DNA of 50,141 bases from a virus (IMGVR_UViG_3300030099_002171:1-50141), one strand, 5' to 3'; numbered from the stretch's first letter, positions 19,624 through 28,371 are shown. Numbers and translations: made by a program. Notes: generated from the sequence alone by a model not told the origin.

Positions 19624-21266
19624 GAACTCATAGCACTTTTATGTTTGTCCCCTTTAACTAGATATTTTAATTTATCTCGCCATGAAGGTACATGCTCAAT
19701 TTTCTCTACATAAGTAGCAAACTCTGTCATCATCAACCCGATCCATGCTAACGCATCTACTTGGTCATCGTGAGCTCCATTCGGAAAACGCAAAAGTTCT
19801 GCGATTAGAGGACCGACCCAAACTGGATCTTTCGGAAAGTATACCATGCCTTGTTGCATCCGTCCTTGTATCGCACGAGCTCTCGCTTCTTTATCCCTTC
19901 GACCCACTTTTAAATCTTTGAAGTAAGCTTCATTGAGTCCACGTTCACGTACACGCTTTTGAAGGAACGGACCGAGCGCCATTTCTATGTGACCTTTCTC
20001 TATTCCGACCACATGGGGTTGCCACTCTTGGTACAAATCTAATATTCTTTCCACCAATTCAAAACCATCATACTTGCCTCGAACACAATCAACAACAAAT
20101 AGATTGTCATACTCATCAACGCCGACTACTAGACCGACCGAATAGTCATTACGTTCGCGCTGCCCAATCGCTAGATCCCAGGCACAGTAGTAACGTAGTC
20201 GATCAAAATCAACGTCCATATCATCGTAGTAACGAACCATTTCTCGATTAAAATATTCACCCTCATCTGATACGGGATTCTGTTGGTACAGAGCTGACCA
20301 GTCTCTCGGCCCCACTGCTTTTTGAATCTGGGTTAACGCTTCTTGACTATATCTCTCTGGGTGAAGCGCTTCGCCTTTGTCTCGAAAAGTCTCATCTTGT
20401 TCAGCGAGCGCTGGATATTTGACGACTTCCCACTGATCCGCACCGCCTGCTGCCGCTTGTAGTAATCTGCCTGCTAAATCATCATCATGCCATCTTGTTA
20501 AAATTACGAGTACACCGCCCCCTGGGGCTAGTCTTGTGTAAGCAGTTGATGTATACCAATCCCAAACGGCATCCCGATTGTACTCTGACTCCGCATCTTC
20601 TCTGTTCTTGACGGGGTCATCGATGACGAGCACGTGCGCACCTTTACCGGTAATACCACCACCAACACCCGCGGCTACATAACCACCGCCCTTAGTTGTG
20701 TTCCATGATTCTACGGACTGCGAACTAGGGTCGAGCGATACACCCGAGAAAACATTTTTAAAATTAGGTTCTCTTAACTGATGACGAACCTTACGACTAA
20801 AGTTCATGGCCAACGATCCAGAGTACGAACAACTAATAAACTCATGTTCAGGGTTTCTGCCCATATGCCAAGCTGGAAACGCAACCGATGCCAAAGTAGA
20901 TTTACCGTGTCGTGGTGGCATAAACAACATAAGTCTAGGTGACTTTCTATTTTCAACATCTTCACTAAACTTTTCTAACCGCAAACAAATATCTTTGTGT
21001 ACCCAACCTGCCATATAGTCTGGGTTGAAACGTTCTACGAATGGTAACAAGTGTTTACGGGCCAGGGCTCGTAATGCAAGTTCACGCTGCGCTTTTTCTT
21101 GTTCGGTTTCTTCGGGTGTTGTTTCTTCTACAACTTCTATTTGAGGCTCTTCGATTCGCTCAGCTTCGTCCGCTTTGCAGTACACACAGATACCGTCATC
21201 GCTTGGGTACAACGTATCTGGATGAGATACCTTACAGGTAAGACATTCAATCTTCTTTATTTCCAT
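19620..21266 (-). CDS. terL: Terminase large subunit
   Basis: MPPRHGKS Walker A, VIDDP Walker B, TRWH coupling motif, AWDLA and HDDQVDA nuclease motifs. Confidence 0.95.
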   Translation of the reverse strand: MEIKKIECLTCKVSHPDTLYPSDDGICVYCKADEAERIEEPQIEVVEETTPEETEQEKAQRELALRALARKHLLPFVERFNPDYMAGWVHKDICLRLEKFSEDVENRKSPRLMLFMPPRHGKSTLASVAFPAWHMGRNPEHEFISCSYSGSLAMNFSRKVRHQLREPNFKNVFSGVSLDPSSQSVESWNTTKGGGYVAAGVGGGITGKGAHVLVIDDPVKNREDAESEYNRDAVWDWYTSTAYTRLAPGGGVLVILTRWHDDDLAGRLLQAAAGGADQWEVVKYPALAEQDETFRDKGEALHPERYSQEALTQIQKAVGPRDWSALYQQNPVSDEGEYFNREMVRYYDDMDVDFDRLRYYCAWDLAIGQRERNDYSVGLVVGVDEYDNLFVVDCVRGKYDGFELVERILDLYQEWQPHVVGIEKGHIEMALGPFLQKRVRERGLNEAYFKDLKVGRRDKEARARAIQGRMQQGMVYFPKDPVWVGPLIAELLRFPNGAHDDQVDALAWIGLMMTEFATYVEKIEHVPSWRDKLKYLVKGDKHKSAMSS

Positions 21267-21762
21267 CGCGTTTTGGTAATAAGTATTGATTGTCCGTACC
21301 CGCTATCTTGAGTAACTCCGCATCTGGTAGTTTTTCAAGTTGTTCTACAGTACGGTCTAGATTGATATTGATCTGGGTTGCATGCTCCGGGGCAAATAGA
21401 CCGTGGAGCTTACATAAAGAATCAGTGATATTTTTTTCTTCAGTTGCGGTCGCCGACTTACGGTGCGCTTCCAGGTACATGCTTGTAGCCGCCTGTTTAT
21501 CGAACTTTATCTCTTCTCTGAATTCCCTACGTAGATGGGCCAGGGCCTTTTGTATAGCAGGTTTTTTAAATATCTTATAAACATGCTCAGTGTTCTGGTA
21601 ACCGGCGGCCCTTCCCGCAGCAGCTTTAGACATACCGCGTAGGTGAAACAATAATAACCTTTCTTCTTGAGTAGTTAGCTCATTTAAAGGTATATCAAGA
21701 TACGGGTAGTGTGACTGTAGCTCAGCCCTTTCTTGTTCAAAATTATCGTTTTCTGACATCAC
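21247..21762 (-). CDS. terS: Terminase small subunit
   Basis: HTH-like SKAAAGRAAGY and LCKLHGL; directly upstream of terL. Confidence 0.75.
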   Translation of the reverse strand: MMSENDNFEQERAELQSHYPYLDIPLNELTTQEERLLLFHLRGMSKAAAGRAAGYQNTEHVYKIFKKPAIQKALAHLRREFREEIKFDKQAATSMYLEAHRKSATATEEKNITDSLCKLHGLFAPEHATQININLDRTVEQLEKLPDAELLKIAGTDNQYLLPKRDGNKED

Positions 21763-22238
21763 TCCTCTTTATAGGAAACTATATTTTTACACCACCAATA
21801 TAATTCATCCTCTGACAATACATGTTTCAAAGTATTCACGCGATTACAAACTAATTGGATATTGTAGGGTAGATATCCTATTTCCGGATCTATTCTGTCA
21901 ACCGAAACATTCAAATCTTTTTTGCCAGTACCATCTTTATGATATGTCATATACAAACCTGTTAAGGCACATTTACCCTCTTGTTTATCCCATGCTTCAA
22001 TAAGATTATCGACCTCGATTTTCCAATCTAAGCCTGGATCTTTTTTTCTCCTTGAATATTTCAACTGAGTAAAAATATGTCTTAAATACGAATACGGGTT
22101 ATCACTTTTGTTAGTATTTTTTGCCCGATTACGACATTTTTTACATTTTTTAAATGAGTATTCACCTCTAGCATTACTACCTGCAAAGTGACTCAAGTCG
22201 TATGTTTTTTTACACGTAGTACACTTTTTGGTACTCAT
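21759..22238 (-). CDS. HNH-like / zinc-finger endonuclease
   Basis: N-terminal CxxC...CxxC; Q.GKCALTG...SVDRID...GY...NIQLVC..VN. Confidence 0.75.
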   Translation of the reverse strand: MSTKKCTTCKKTYDLSHFAGSNARGEYSFKKCKKCRNRAKNTNKSDNPYSYLRHIFTQLKYSRRKKDPGLDWKIEVDNLIEAWDKQEGKCALTGLYMTYHKDGTGKKDLNVSVDRIDPEIGYLPYNIQLVCNRVNTLKHVLSEDELYWWCKNIVSYKEE

Positions 22239-22257
22239 GTTTTGCTACTTTATACTA

Positions 22258-22422
22258 TAAATTTTTTTTAGGAAAATTTTTTTGTGAAAATTTTTTTTGA
22301 AAAAATATTATTTTATCGCGCACGCAGGGTATCTTACTATCACTATCCCAGCCCCCTGTTCCCTGTTTTTTGTTTTGGAACCTTGTTTCTGTTTTTGTTG
22401 CTTGGAACCTTGTTTGTTTTTT
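22258..22422. repeat. A/T-tract repeats and a 14-bp direct repeat in the divergent intergenic region
   Basis: Three AAATTTTTTT tracts (22258-22300); TTGGAACCTTGTTT at 22375-22388 and 22402-22415. Confidence 0.8.
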
Positions 22423-22548
22423 GCACCCTCGCTCACGCTCGGCTGTCGCGAAGTTGTTACACAACTCCGCTGTTAATCTAATTAAATCTGGGTAGGTACT
22501 AGATGGTTTATCTATCTAGTTTATTTTAATTCTTACATGGAGAGAAAC

Positions 22549-22779
22549 ATGTCAAATATAAAATCAATCAAAGTTCGTAGATCTTATAAAACTACAGATG
22601 AAAGTGGTAATGAAGTAACTAAGAATCGTTGGCCTACTATCGGTCGTCAAGTAACTGGCGCTGATGGCAAGGTGACAATGCACTTAGACTTCTTACCCAA
22701 ACTTGGTACGGATAATGACCCTGAGCCATTGTTCGTGTTCGTTGAAAAGAATGGAGAGAGTAATGAAGAAAGTAATTAA
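22549..22779 (+). CDS. Early hypothetical protein
   Basis: GGAG RBS before ATG 22549; KNRWPTIG...LDFLP. Confidence 0.7.
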   Translation: MSNIKSIKVRRSYKTTDESGNEVTKNRWPTIGRQVTGADGKVTMHLDFLPKLGTDNDPEPLFVFVEKNGESNEESN

Positions 22780-23158
22780 AGATGCAACAGGCATCACGAC
22801 TAAAGCAATCAAGCTTGGTTTTGTTGGCCTCGGCTTCGGTCTTGGTGTAGCAAACAGAGCTCTTGGTTCAGCTTTGGACGGGATCAAGGAAGGTCAATCT
22901 CTCTCCAAAAGAGAAGAAAGCGGTGAGTCTTCGGATTCACCGCCCATTGATACTACTCAACCTCTAGAGGATGTAATCGATGAGACATACGCTAGATGGG
23001 CTCAAATGAAAGAGCAAGCATCACAGCAGTACTCCTTCGAAGAGTTCAAAGAGCAGTTTCACCACTTGTTTCATCCAGATGAGATGAGCCCAGAAGAACA
23101 TTTGAATCTTCAGGAGAATGGAGAAACCAAAGAGATGTATCAAGGAGATAAGTCATGA
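22763..23158 (+). CDS. Early hypothetical protein
   Basis: Frame of ORF 22703-23158; likely start MKKVIK after a GGAG RBS; hydrophobic G-rich segment then an acidic tail. Confidence 0.6.
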   Translation: MKKVIKDATGITTKAIKLGFVGLGFGLGVANRALGSALDGIKEGQSLSKREESGESSDSPPIDTTQPLEDVIDETYARWAQMKEQASQQYSFEEFKEQFHHLFHPDEMSPEEHLNLQENGETKEMYQGDKS

Positions 23159-23355
23159 TCTTACATACAATAGTTAGAGCACTTCTTCTTGTCGCATTCG
23201 CAGCATCCACAACGCTCGCTTCGGTTATGTTCCTAGACTTCTTGGGACATTTCGGATGGACTAGCTTGTGGAACGGAATACAACTGCTATGTTTCGTAGC
23301 AGTTGTACTCTCAGCAGTAGGATCCTTTCTAGCCCTACTGTGGGATATGACCTAA
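23155..23355 (+). CDS. Small two-TM membrane protein
   Basis: 66 aa, two hydrophobic helices, AGGAG RBS, ATGA coupling. Confidence 0.65.
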   Translation: MILHTIVRALLLVAFAASTTLASVMFLDFLGHFGWTSLWNGIQLLCFVAVVLSAVGSFLALLWDMT

Positions 23356-23368
23356 TACTCTCTAACAG

Positions 23369-23412
23369 AGGCATGGAGTTAAAAGCCCCGAGCTTGAAAC
23401 TTCATGCTTCTT
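23369..23412 (+). terminator. Hairpin, possible terminator
   Basis: GCATGGAGTT / AACTTCATGC stem followed by TTCTT. Confidence 0.4.
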
Positions 23413-23538
23413 AAAAAGTCCCTGGGTCGCGGTGTGCCAACTACTATCATCAGCCCGAAGGGCTACTATCATCGCGTATGCGATGTGGATTCACCGAGTA
23501 TCAAGTACTTGTCGATAGACAATACACAGGGATACGAG

Positions 23539-23860
23539 GTGTACCGAGTGTACCAGCAGTGTACCGGCTGTTTTACAGCCTACTGGTACACCGCAAAAAG
23601 GCTTTTTTACTTAGTTTTTTTCCAAAAAACAGAATTTGTACCAGATGTACCACGAGTTTAGCGTTAGCTTTTAGAGATAGACCATAGACCGTGGTTATAA
23701 AATCATGTTTGTTTTGTACTTTTACCGGTACAAATGGTACACCCCCAAAGAATCCTAGCTATCGCAAGGGTTTCCGGTGTACCAGCTACATTTTAGTTCT
23801 GGTACACCTTTTAAGCTATTGTTAATAGAATCAGTAGCTTAGGGTGTACCAGGGTGTACC
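23539..23860. repeat. Iteron-like field of 12 TGTACC/GGTACA copies (putative replication origin)
   Basis: 12 copies counted in both orientations, several forming inverted repeats (23776-23785 / 23799-23808). Confidence 0.8.
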
Positions 23861-23938
23861 ACAAACTCGCCATTGTTATCCAACAATGGCTCGAATCTAA
23901 TTATATTAGAGTAAATATTACTTATGGAGATACATAAT

Positions 23939-24091
23939 ATGGATAATCATTTACCACGCGCGTTTAACAAAAGCGCAAAAACAGGCGATCGTAGGGTCAT
24001 TTCATCAACTAAAGTAAACGATAAGGTAGTTAGACAACAGGTTGTATATGTTGGCAACGGCGTATCATTTACCAGACATGAGAGGGTGTAA
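23939..24091 (+). CDS. Small basic hypothetical protein (50 aa; not in the ORF track)
   Basis: GGAG RBS; MDNHLPRAFNKSAKTGDRR...RHERV*. Confidence 0.55.
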   Translation: MDNHLPRAFNKSAKTGDRRVISSTKVNDKVVRQQVVYVGNGVSFTRHERV

Positions 24092-24234
24092 TGGACTACA
24101 AGTTGATATTAGAACTTGAGCGTAGGCTCGATCACAAGAAGTTTACAGAATGTGAGCGTTCTCTAGATAGGATTTTTCACGAGGAGGCTAAGCATTTTGC
24201 AAGCAAAAGAACTCGAAGTGAGTCAAATACCTGA
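24091..24234 (+). CDS. Small hypothetical protein (47 aa; not in the ORF track)
   Basis: TAATG coupling and GAGG RBS; MDYKLILELERR... Confidence 0.5.
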   Translation: MDYKLILELERRLDHKKFTECERSLDRIFHEEAKHFASKRTRSESNT

Positions 24235-24249
24235 TCCACTTCAAGAGGT

Positions 24250-24278
24250 GCATCCTACTAGTTAGGATGTGTATTTTT
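24250..24278 (+). terminator. Possible terminator hairpin
   Basis: GCATCCTA / TAGGATGT stem followed by GTATTTTT. Confidence 0.45.
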
Positions 24279-24303
24279 AACTTTACTTACTATAGGAGTA
24301 ATT

Positions 24304-25038
24304 ATGGCTGATCATTTCGATCCAAGTGAGCAAGAGACTCAGGAACTCTTGCCTAAAACAAAATCTGACATGAGTGACTACACTGAAGACACTATGGCGG
24401 ATCCTGAAGGTGTTGAAAAAAGAATTACAAAGGCGGATGTCGATGTACCTGATTTTTTCTTCAAAAGCTATGACCTAGATGACTTTGGTCAACCGACATT
24501 CAAAAAGTCTCGTGTTAACGAGATTATGAAGGTCTTTGATGCCAAAGTTGATACGCCAATGGCTTTTAGAACTGATATTTCTGTTGAATCAGAGCAGGAA
24601 TACTTCGACCAACAGTGCAATGATATTGTTAATGGTGTCTTGCCTTTGTTAGAAGTTGATCCTCAAGCAACTGGTATACAGCTTTTGCAATTGTCCACTA
24701 GAACATGGGCTGAGTTTGCAAGCGTTGTTTATGAATACACAGATGCTATGGTTGGTGTATCGGAAATACCAGATTGGCTAATTGAGAGAGAAGAGAAGAT
24801 GGCTCAGCTTGGTAGAAAAGCTAGGTTGTTATCTCAGGCTATCTCATCTATGGACGACAAGTTTGGTTTGTCTGACACTTCACTAAAGCGTGATCGTGTC
24901 CAAGCCGAAGTCGAGCGTAGACTTCAGAGATTGGCTGAGTGGAACTTCAACAAGTATGCAAGCACTACTGGCAAAATAGTCAAGGAGTTGAATGCACAAA
25001 CAGTTGAACATATGAACACTATTGCAAATAGCGTTTAA
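24304..25038 (+). CDS. Early hypothetical protein (acidic, helical)
   Basis: 244 aa with a strong AGGAG RBS. Confidence 0.75.
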   Translation: MADHFDPSEQETQELLPKTKSDMSDYTEDTMADPEGVEKRITKADVDVPDFFFKSYDLDDFGQPTFKKSRVNEIMKVFDAKVDTPMAFRTDISVESEQEYFDQQCNDIVNGVLPLLEVDPQATGIQLLQLSTRTWAEFASVVYEYTDAMVGVSEIPDWLIEREEKMAQLGRKARLLSQAISSMDDKFGLSDTSLKRDRVQAEVERRLQRLAEWNFNKYASTTGKIVKELNAQTVEHMNTIANSV

Positions 25039-25054
25039 CTCAACTCCATGAGCA

Positions 25055-25184
25055 AAGTCCTACCGCAGTTTTATTGTAACCATGCTCCTGCGGTAGGCAT
25101 ACTTATACAAGTCCTACCGCAGGCGACTTATCAGACAATTAGTCGTTTGAATTCATATTCTGCGGTAGGCATTTTTTTGTTTTA
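25055..25184 (+). repeat. Two tandem stem-loops with identical arms, ending in a T-tract
   Basis: AAGTCCTACCGCAG...CTGCGGTAGGCAT occurs twice, with 19- and 37-nt interiors. Confidence 0.85.
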
Positions 25185-25320
25185 CCGAGTAAGGTGTGCT
25201 GTTTTTATATGTGGTACTCCCAAAGGCTGAGTCGCACTCGTATGAGGGGGAGCTAAGTTAGTCAGTTAAAACAAGTGCATGCCTAGACTGATAAGCCACA
25301 CCAATTAATAGGAGGTAATT

Positions 25321-25530
25321 ATGGCAACAAAAGAAAGATTATTTAGGGCTACTGTTACAGATGCTGCTAGCGGCAGCAATTTTGTAATCGAGTTTTTAGC
25401 CCCATTCCCAGTGGAAGCTACGGTTGACTATGAGCAAATAGCACTAAATAATCTAATAGCCTTGATCAATCAAGGTGTAATAAAAATTAGAGATATTGAA
25501 CCCATTGAAATAAAGGAGGTAATACAGTGA
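25321..25530 (+). CDS. Hypothetical protein
   Basis: 69 aa, AGGAGGT RBS, coupled to the AAA gene. Confidence 0.7.
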   Translation: MATKERLFRATVTDAASGSNFVIEFLAPFPVEATVDYEQIALNNLIALINQGVIKIRDIEPIEIKEVIQ

Positions 25531-26552
25531 CAGACAATATTCATCAAATTAATTCTGACCAACTCAAGAAAGAGATTAAGACCAACATGCGTGTTGGCTT
25601 AAATACTATGATATGGGGTGGTCCAGGCATTGGTAAATCAGAGATACCACAACAGGTGGCAGACGAGCTCAACTGTAAGTTGCTCGACTTTCGTGCCAAC
25701 CTTTTCGATCCAGTCGATGTTCGTGGTGTACCTTATGTATCTAATGCAGAATCTGGTAAGTTTACTAGTTGGGCAGCACCAGATATTTTTCCAATTGCAG
25801 AACGCGATGGCGATATCGGTATCTTTCTTATCGATGAGCTTCCAACAGCTCCCCCAGCTACACAGAATGCGTTTCTACAATTATTACTAACTCGTCAAGT
25901 TGGTGACTACACTATGCCTGACGGGTGGTCAGTGATATCAGCAGGTAATCGTCTTACTGACGCTGCTGCTGTGTATCAAATGCCCTCACCTGTAAGAAAT
26001 CGTCTTATGCACTATGAACTCGAGCCTAACATCAATACTTGGTGTGACTGGGCTCTTCAACATGATGTTGACTCTACGCTCGTATCTTTCTTACGATTCA
26101 AACCCAACTTGCTCTACAGTTTCAAAGCTGATGAGTATGCGTTTCCAACTCCTCGTAGTTGGTCGTTCGTTGATAAGCGTTTGAAGCTAGAGAAAGATCA
26201 TCGTGACGATAGCATGTTCTTTGGTGCATCTGCAGCAGTTGGTAATGGCCCAGCTGGTGAGTTCGTAGCTTTTGCTAAGATTGCTAACGAGCTACCAGAC
26301 ATCGATTATCTAATCGAAAACCCACACAGCTATAAACCAACTACAGATCCTGCAGTGATGTATGCACTTACAGGTGCAGTGGCTTCCAGAGCTGAAGATG
26401 CCAAGATGGATAAAATCATGGCTGTGAACAAGAAACTTCCAACCGAGTTTCAAGTGGTTCTTGTCAAGACGCTACTTGCTAAAGACAAGAGTTTATTCAA
26501 TCATGCGTCAGTGCAGTCGTGGGTGAGTGCAAACGCAAATGTAATACTATAG
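25527..26552 (+). CDS. MoxR-like AAA+ ATPase
   Basis: GGPGIGKS Walker A, FLIDEL Walker B, SAGNR, NRL.H, TPRSW. Confidence 0.9.
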   Translation: MTDNIHQINSDQLKKEIKTNMRVGLNTMIWGGPGIGKSEIPQQVADELNCKLLDFRANLFDPVDVRGVPYVSNAESGKFTSWAAPDIFPIAERDGDIGIFLIDELPTAPPATQNAFLQLLLTRQVGDYTMPDGWSVISAGNRLTDAAAVYQMPSPVRNRLMHYELEPNINTWCDWALQHDVDSTLVSFLRFKPNLLYSFKADEYAFPTPRSWSFVDKRLKLEKDHRDDSMFFGASAAVGNGPAGEFVAFAKIANELPDIDYLIENPHSYKPTTDPAVMYALTGAVASRAEDAKMDKIMAVNKKLPTEFQVVLVKTLLAKDKSLFNHASVQSWVSANANVIL

Positions 26553-26559
26553 GAGTAAT

Positions 26560-27277
26560 TATGGCGACAGTAAGAATGTCAGAAGAGTTAGTTAGTAGAC
26601 TAACTGATCAATACAAAAAAGACTATGATAAAACTAGTCCTAACCAAGAAGTGCCATCGCATGTTGGCGATACTATTTACAAACATACCATGGGGGTTGG
26701 TGTAGAAAAGTTTCGCAAGCTTATGGATGAAGTTCCTTCTGTTAAAACTAATGAGATAGAGAATAACTTTTTTAACAAAGATTCTAATATGAATGTCAAA
26801 GTTAATGCTTTTGAATATTCAATAGATGAGGATGGTCATACGGTAAAAGACGCTGTTGTTGTAGATGAGGTTATACCTATGTCTACAGAGAAAACTCAGT
26901 TTGGTATGGGTTATAGCAGCACAGTGACTTTGGATTTATACAAAGGAGACGAATCATTGTTAAATAACCCAGATCTTGCTGAGGCAGTAAACAAAGTGTC
27001 TGAGATTGCTTCGTTTAATCGTTTGAATTACTTTAAAAAGCTTCGTAAACAACACAAGTTCACAGATACTTTGCGTGAGTTTACAACTCTTAACCAAGCC
27101 CTCAAAGCTTGGCCTGCTCTTAGTAAAGTAGTTCAAGAAGCTTGGCCTGAGAAAATGGTTACTGTACATAAGAAGACTGAGCGTAGAGCGCAGGAAAAGA
27201 AAAACAAAGAAATGATGGATGGCGTAGCTCAAGAACTTAACACTGTCATTCTTGGTGGTAGTCTATTGGAGGATTAA
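26560..27277 (+). CDS. Hypothetical protein, possibly Nmad5-like
   Basis: AGGAG RBS before ATG 26560; N-terminal VRMS and C-terminal TTLNQALKAWP patterns. Confidence 0.55.
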
Positions 27278-28371
27278 TGATACCTGAATTTACAAAAGCT
27301 AGATCTCGACTGTTGTTAGACCAGCCATTCTTCGGCACGCTATGTCTACGGTTGACACCGGTCGAGACTGAAGAGATTGAAACAGCAGCAACTGACGGTA
27401 AGCAGTTGCTGTATAACCCTAAGTTTTTTCTTAGTCTTGCAGAACCCGAACGAGTGGGCTTGCTAGCTCACGAAGTTATGCATGTGGTTCTATTGCATAT
27501 GACTAGACTAAACGGTCGTGATCATCAACGCTGGAATGTAGCTGGTGATTATGTAATCAATCTGATTGTTCGAGATGCTGGTATGATCTTACCACCGACT
27601 GACTTGTTAGATGATCGTTATGCTAATTGGACTACTGATGCAGTCTATGACGATCTTCCCGAAGACCCATTGAGTAATTTTATTAAAATTAAATTGTGGG
27701 ATGGAGAGCAAGATGTCATTGAGAATAATCAGATTATTAAAGATCGTGGTGCTTTTGAAGCTGAGATACAAGTTGCTGTACAACAAGCAGCTGAGGCAGC
27801 CAAAGCTCAAGGTAAACTGCCCGCTAATTTACAAACTATTATTGAAAGTATTACCGATCCAAAAGTAGATTGGAAAACTGTTCTTGCTAGATTTTTACGA
27901 GCAAATAACAAATCTGATTTTAGTTGGGCTAAGCCAAACAGAAGATTTATTGCAAATGGTATGTACTTACCATCTTTACACACGCCAGCGCTGGAAGAAA
28001 TAGCTGTCGCTGTTGACACCTCAGGATCGGTATCGGAGAGGGAGCTGGAGATATTTACTTCAGAAACCTCTCATATTCTACTTGATACTAATCCTGAGCG
28101 TGTTCATTTTCTGCAGTGCGATACAGAAGTATGTAGTGATGAGGAATATACTAAAGATAATCTACCCTTGAAGGTAACTTACAAAGGTAGGGGTGGGACT
28201 ATGTTTAGTCCTGTTATTGATTACATTAACGAACATTATCCAAATGTATCTGCGTTGGTTTACTTGACTGACTTAGGTTCAAATGACTTTGGTGTCGAAC
28301 CTAACTTTCCAGTTCTTTGGGTAACTACTGATTTAGAGGAGGCACCTTATGGGCAAATTATCAAAATCTAA
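27277..28371 (+). CDS. Metallopeptidase-vWA protein (DUF2201-like)
   Basis: TAATDG, HEVMH zincin motif, WNVA.D..IN, MIDAS DTSGS, GGT, LTD. Confidence 0.9.
   Translation: MIPEFTKARSRLLLDQPFFGTLCLRLTPVETEEIETAATDGKQLLYNPKFFLSLAEPERVGLLAHEVMHVVLLHMTRLNGRDHQRWNVAGDYVINLIVRDAGMILPPTDLLDDRYANWTTDAVYDDLPEDPLSNFIKIKLWDGEQDVIENNQIIKDRGAFEAEIQVAVQQAAEAAKAQGKLPANLQTIIESITDPKVDWKTVLARFLRANNKSDFSWAKPNRRFIANGMYLPSLHTPALEEIAVAVDTSGSVSERELEIFTSETSHILLDTNPERVHFLQCDTEVCSDEEYTKDNLPLKVTYKGRGGTMFSPVIDYINEHYPNVSALVYLTDLGSNDFGVEPNFPVLWVTTDLEEAPYGQIIKI

Noticed and set aside
332-21580. Many plus-strand ORFs opposite the structural genes (for example 737-982, 12463-12906, 17101-17385)
   Set aside because: Antisense shadows of well-supported minus-strand genes, with no convincing RBS or recognisable motifs
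22255-22481. ORFs on both strands of the T-rich divergent region
   Set aside because: Low-complexity translations of non-coding repeats
23404-23687. ORFs 23404-23661 and 23478-23687
   Set aside because: They overlap the iteron and hairpin field, lack a clear RBS, and their sequence is explained by the DNA repeats
25055-25172. Mini-CRISPR or REP/BIME call, and ORF 25048-25230
   Set aside because: Only two units, unequal interiors, and no cas1/cas2 or RAYT gene. The ORF has no RBS and simply translates the repeats.
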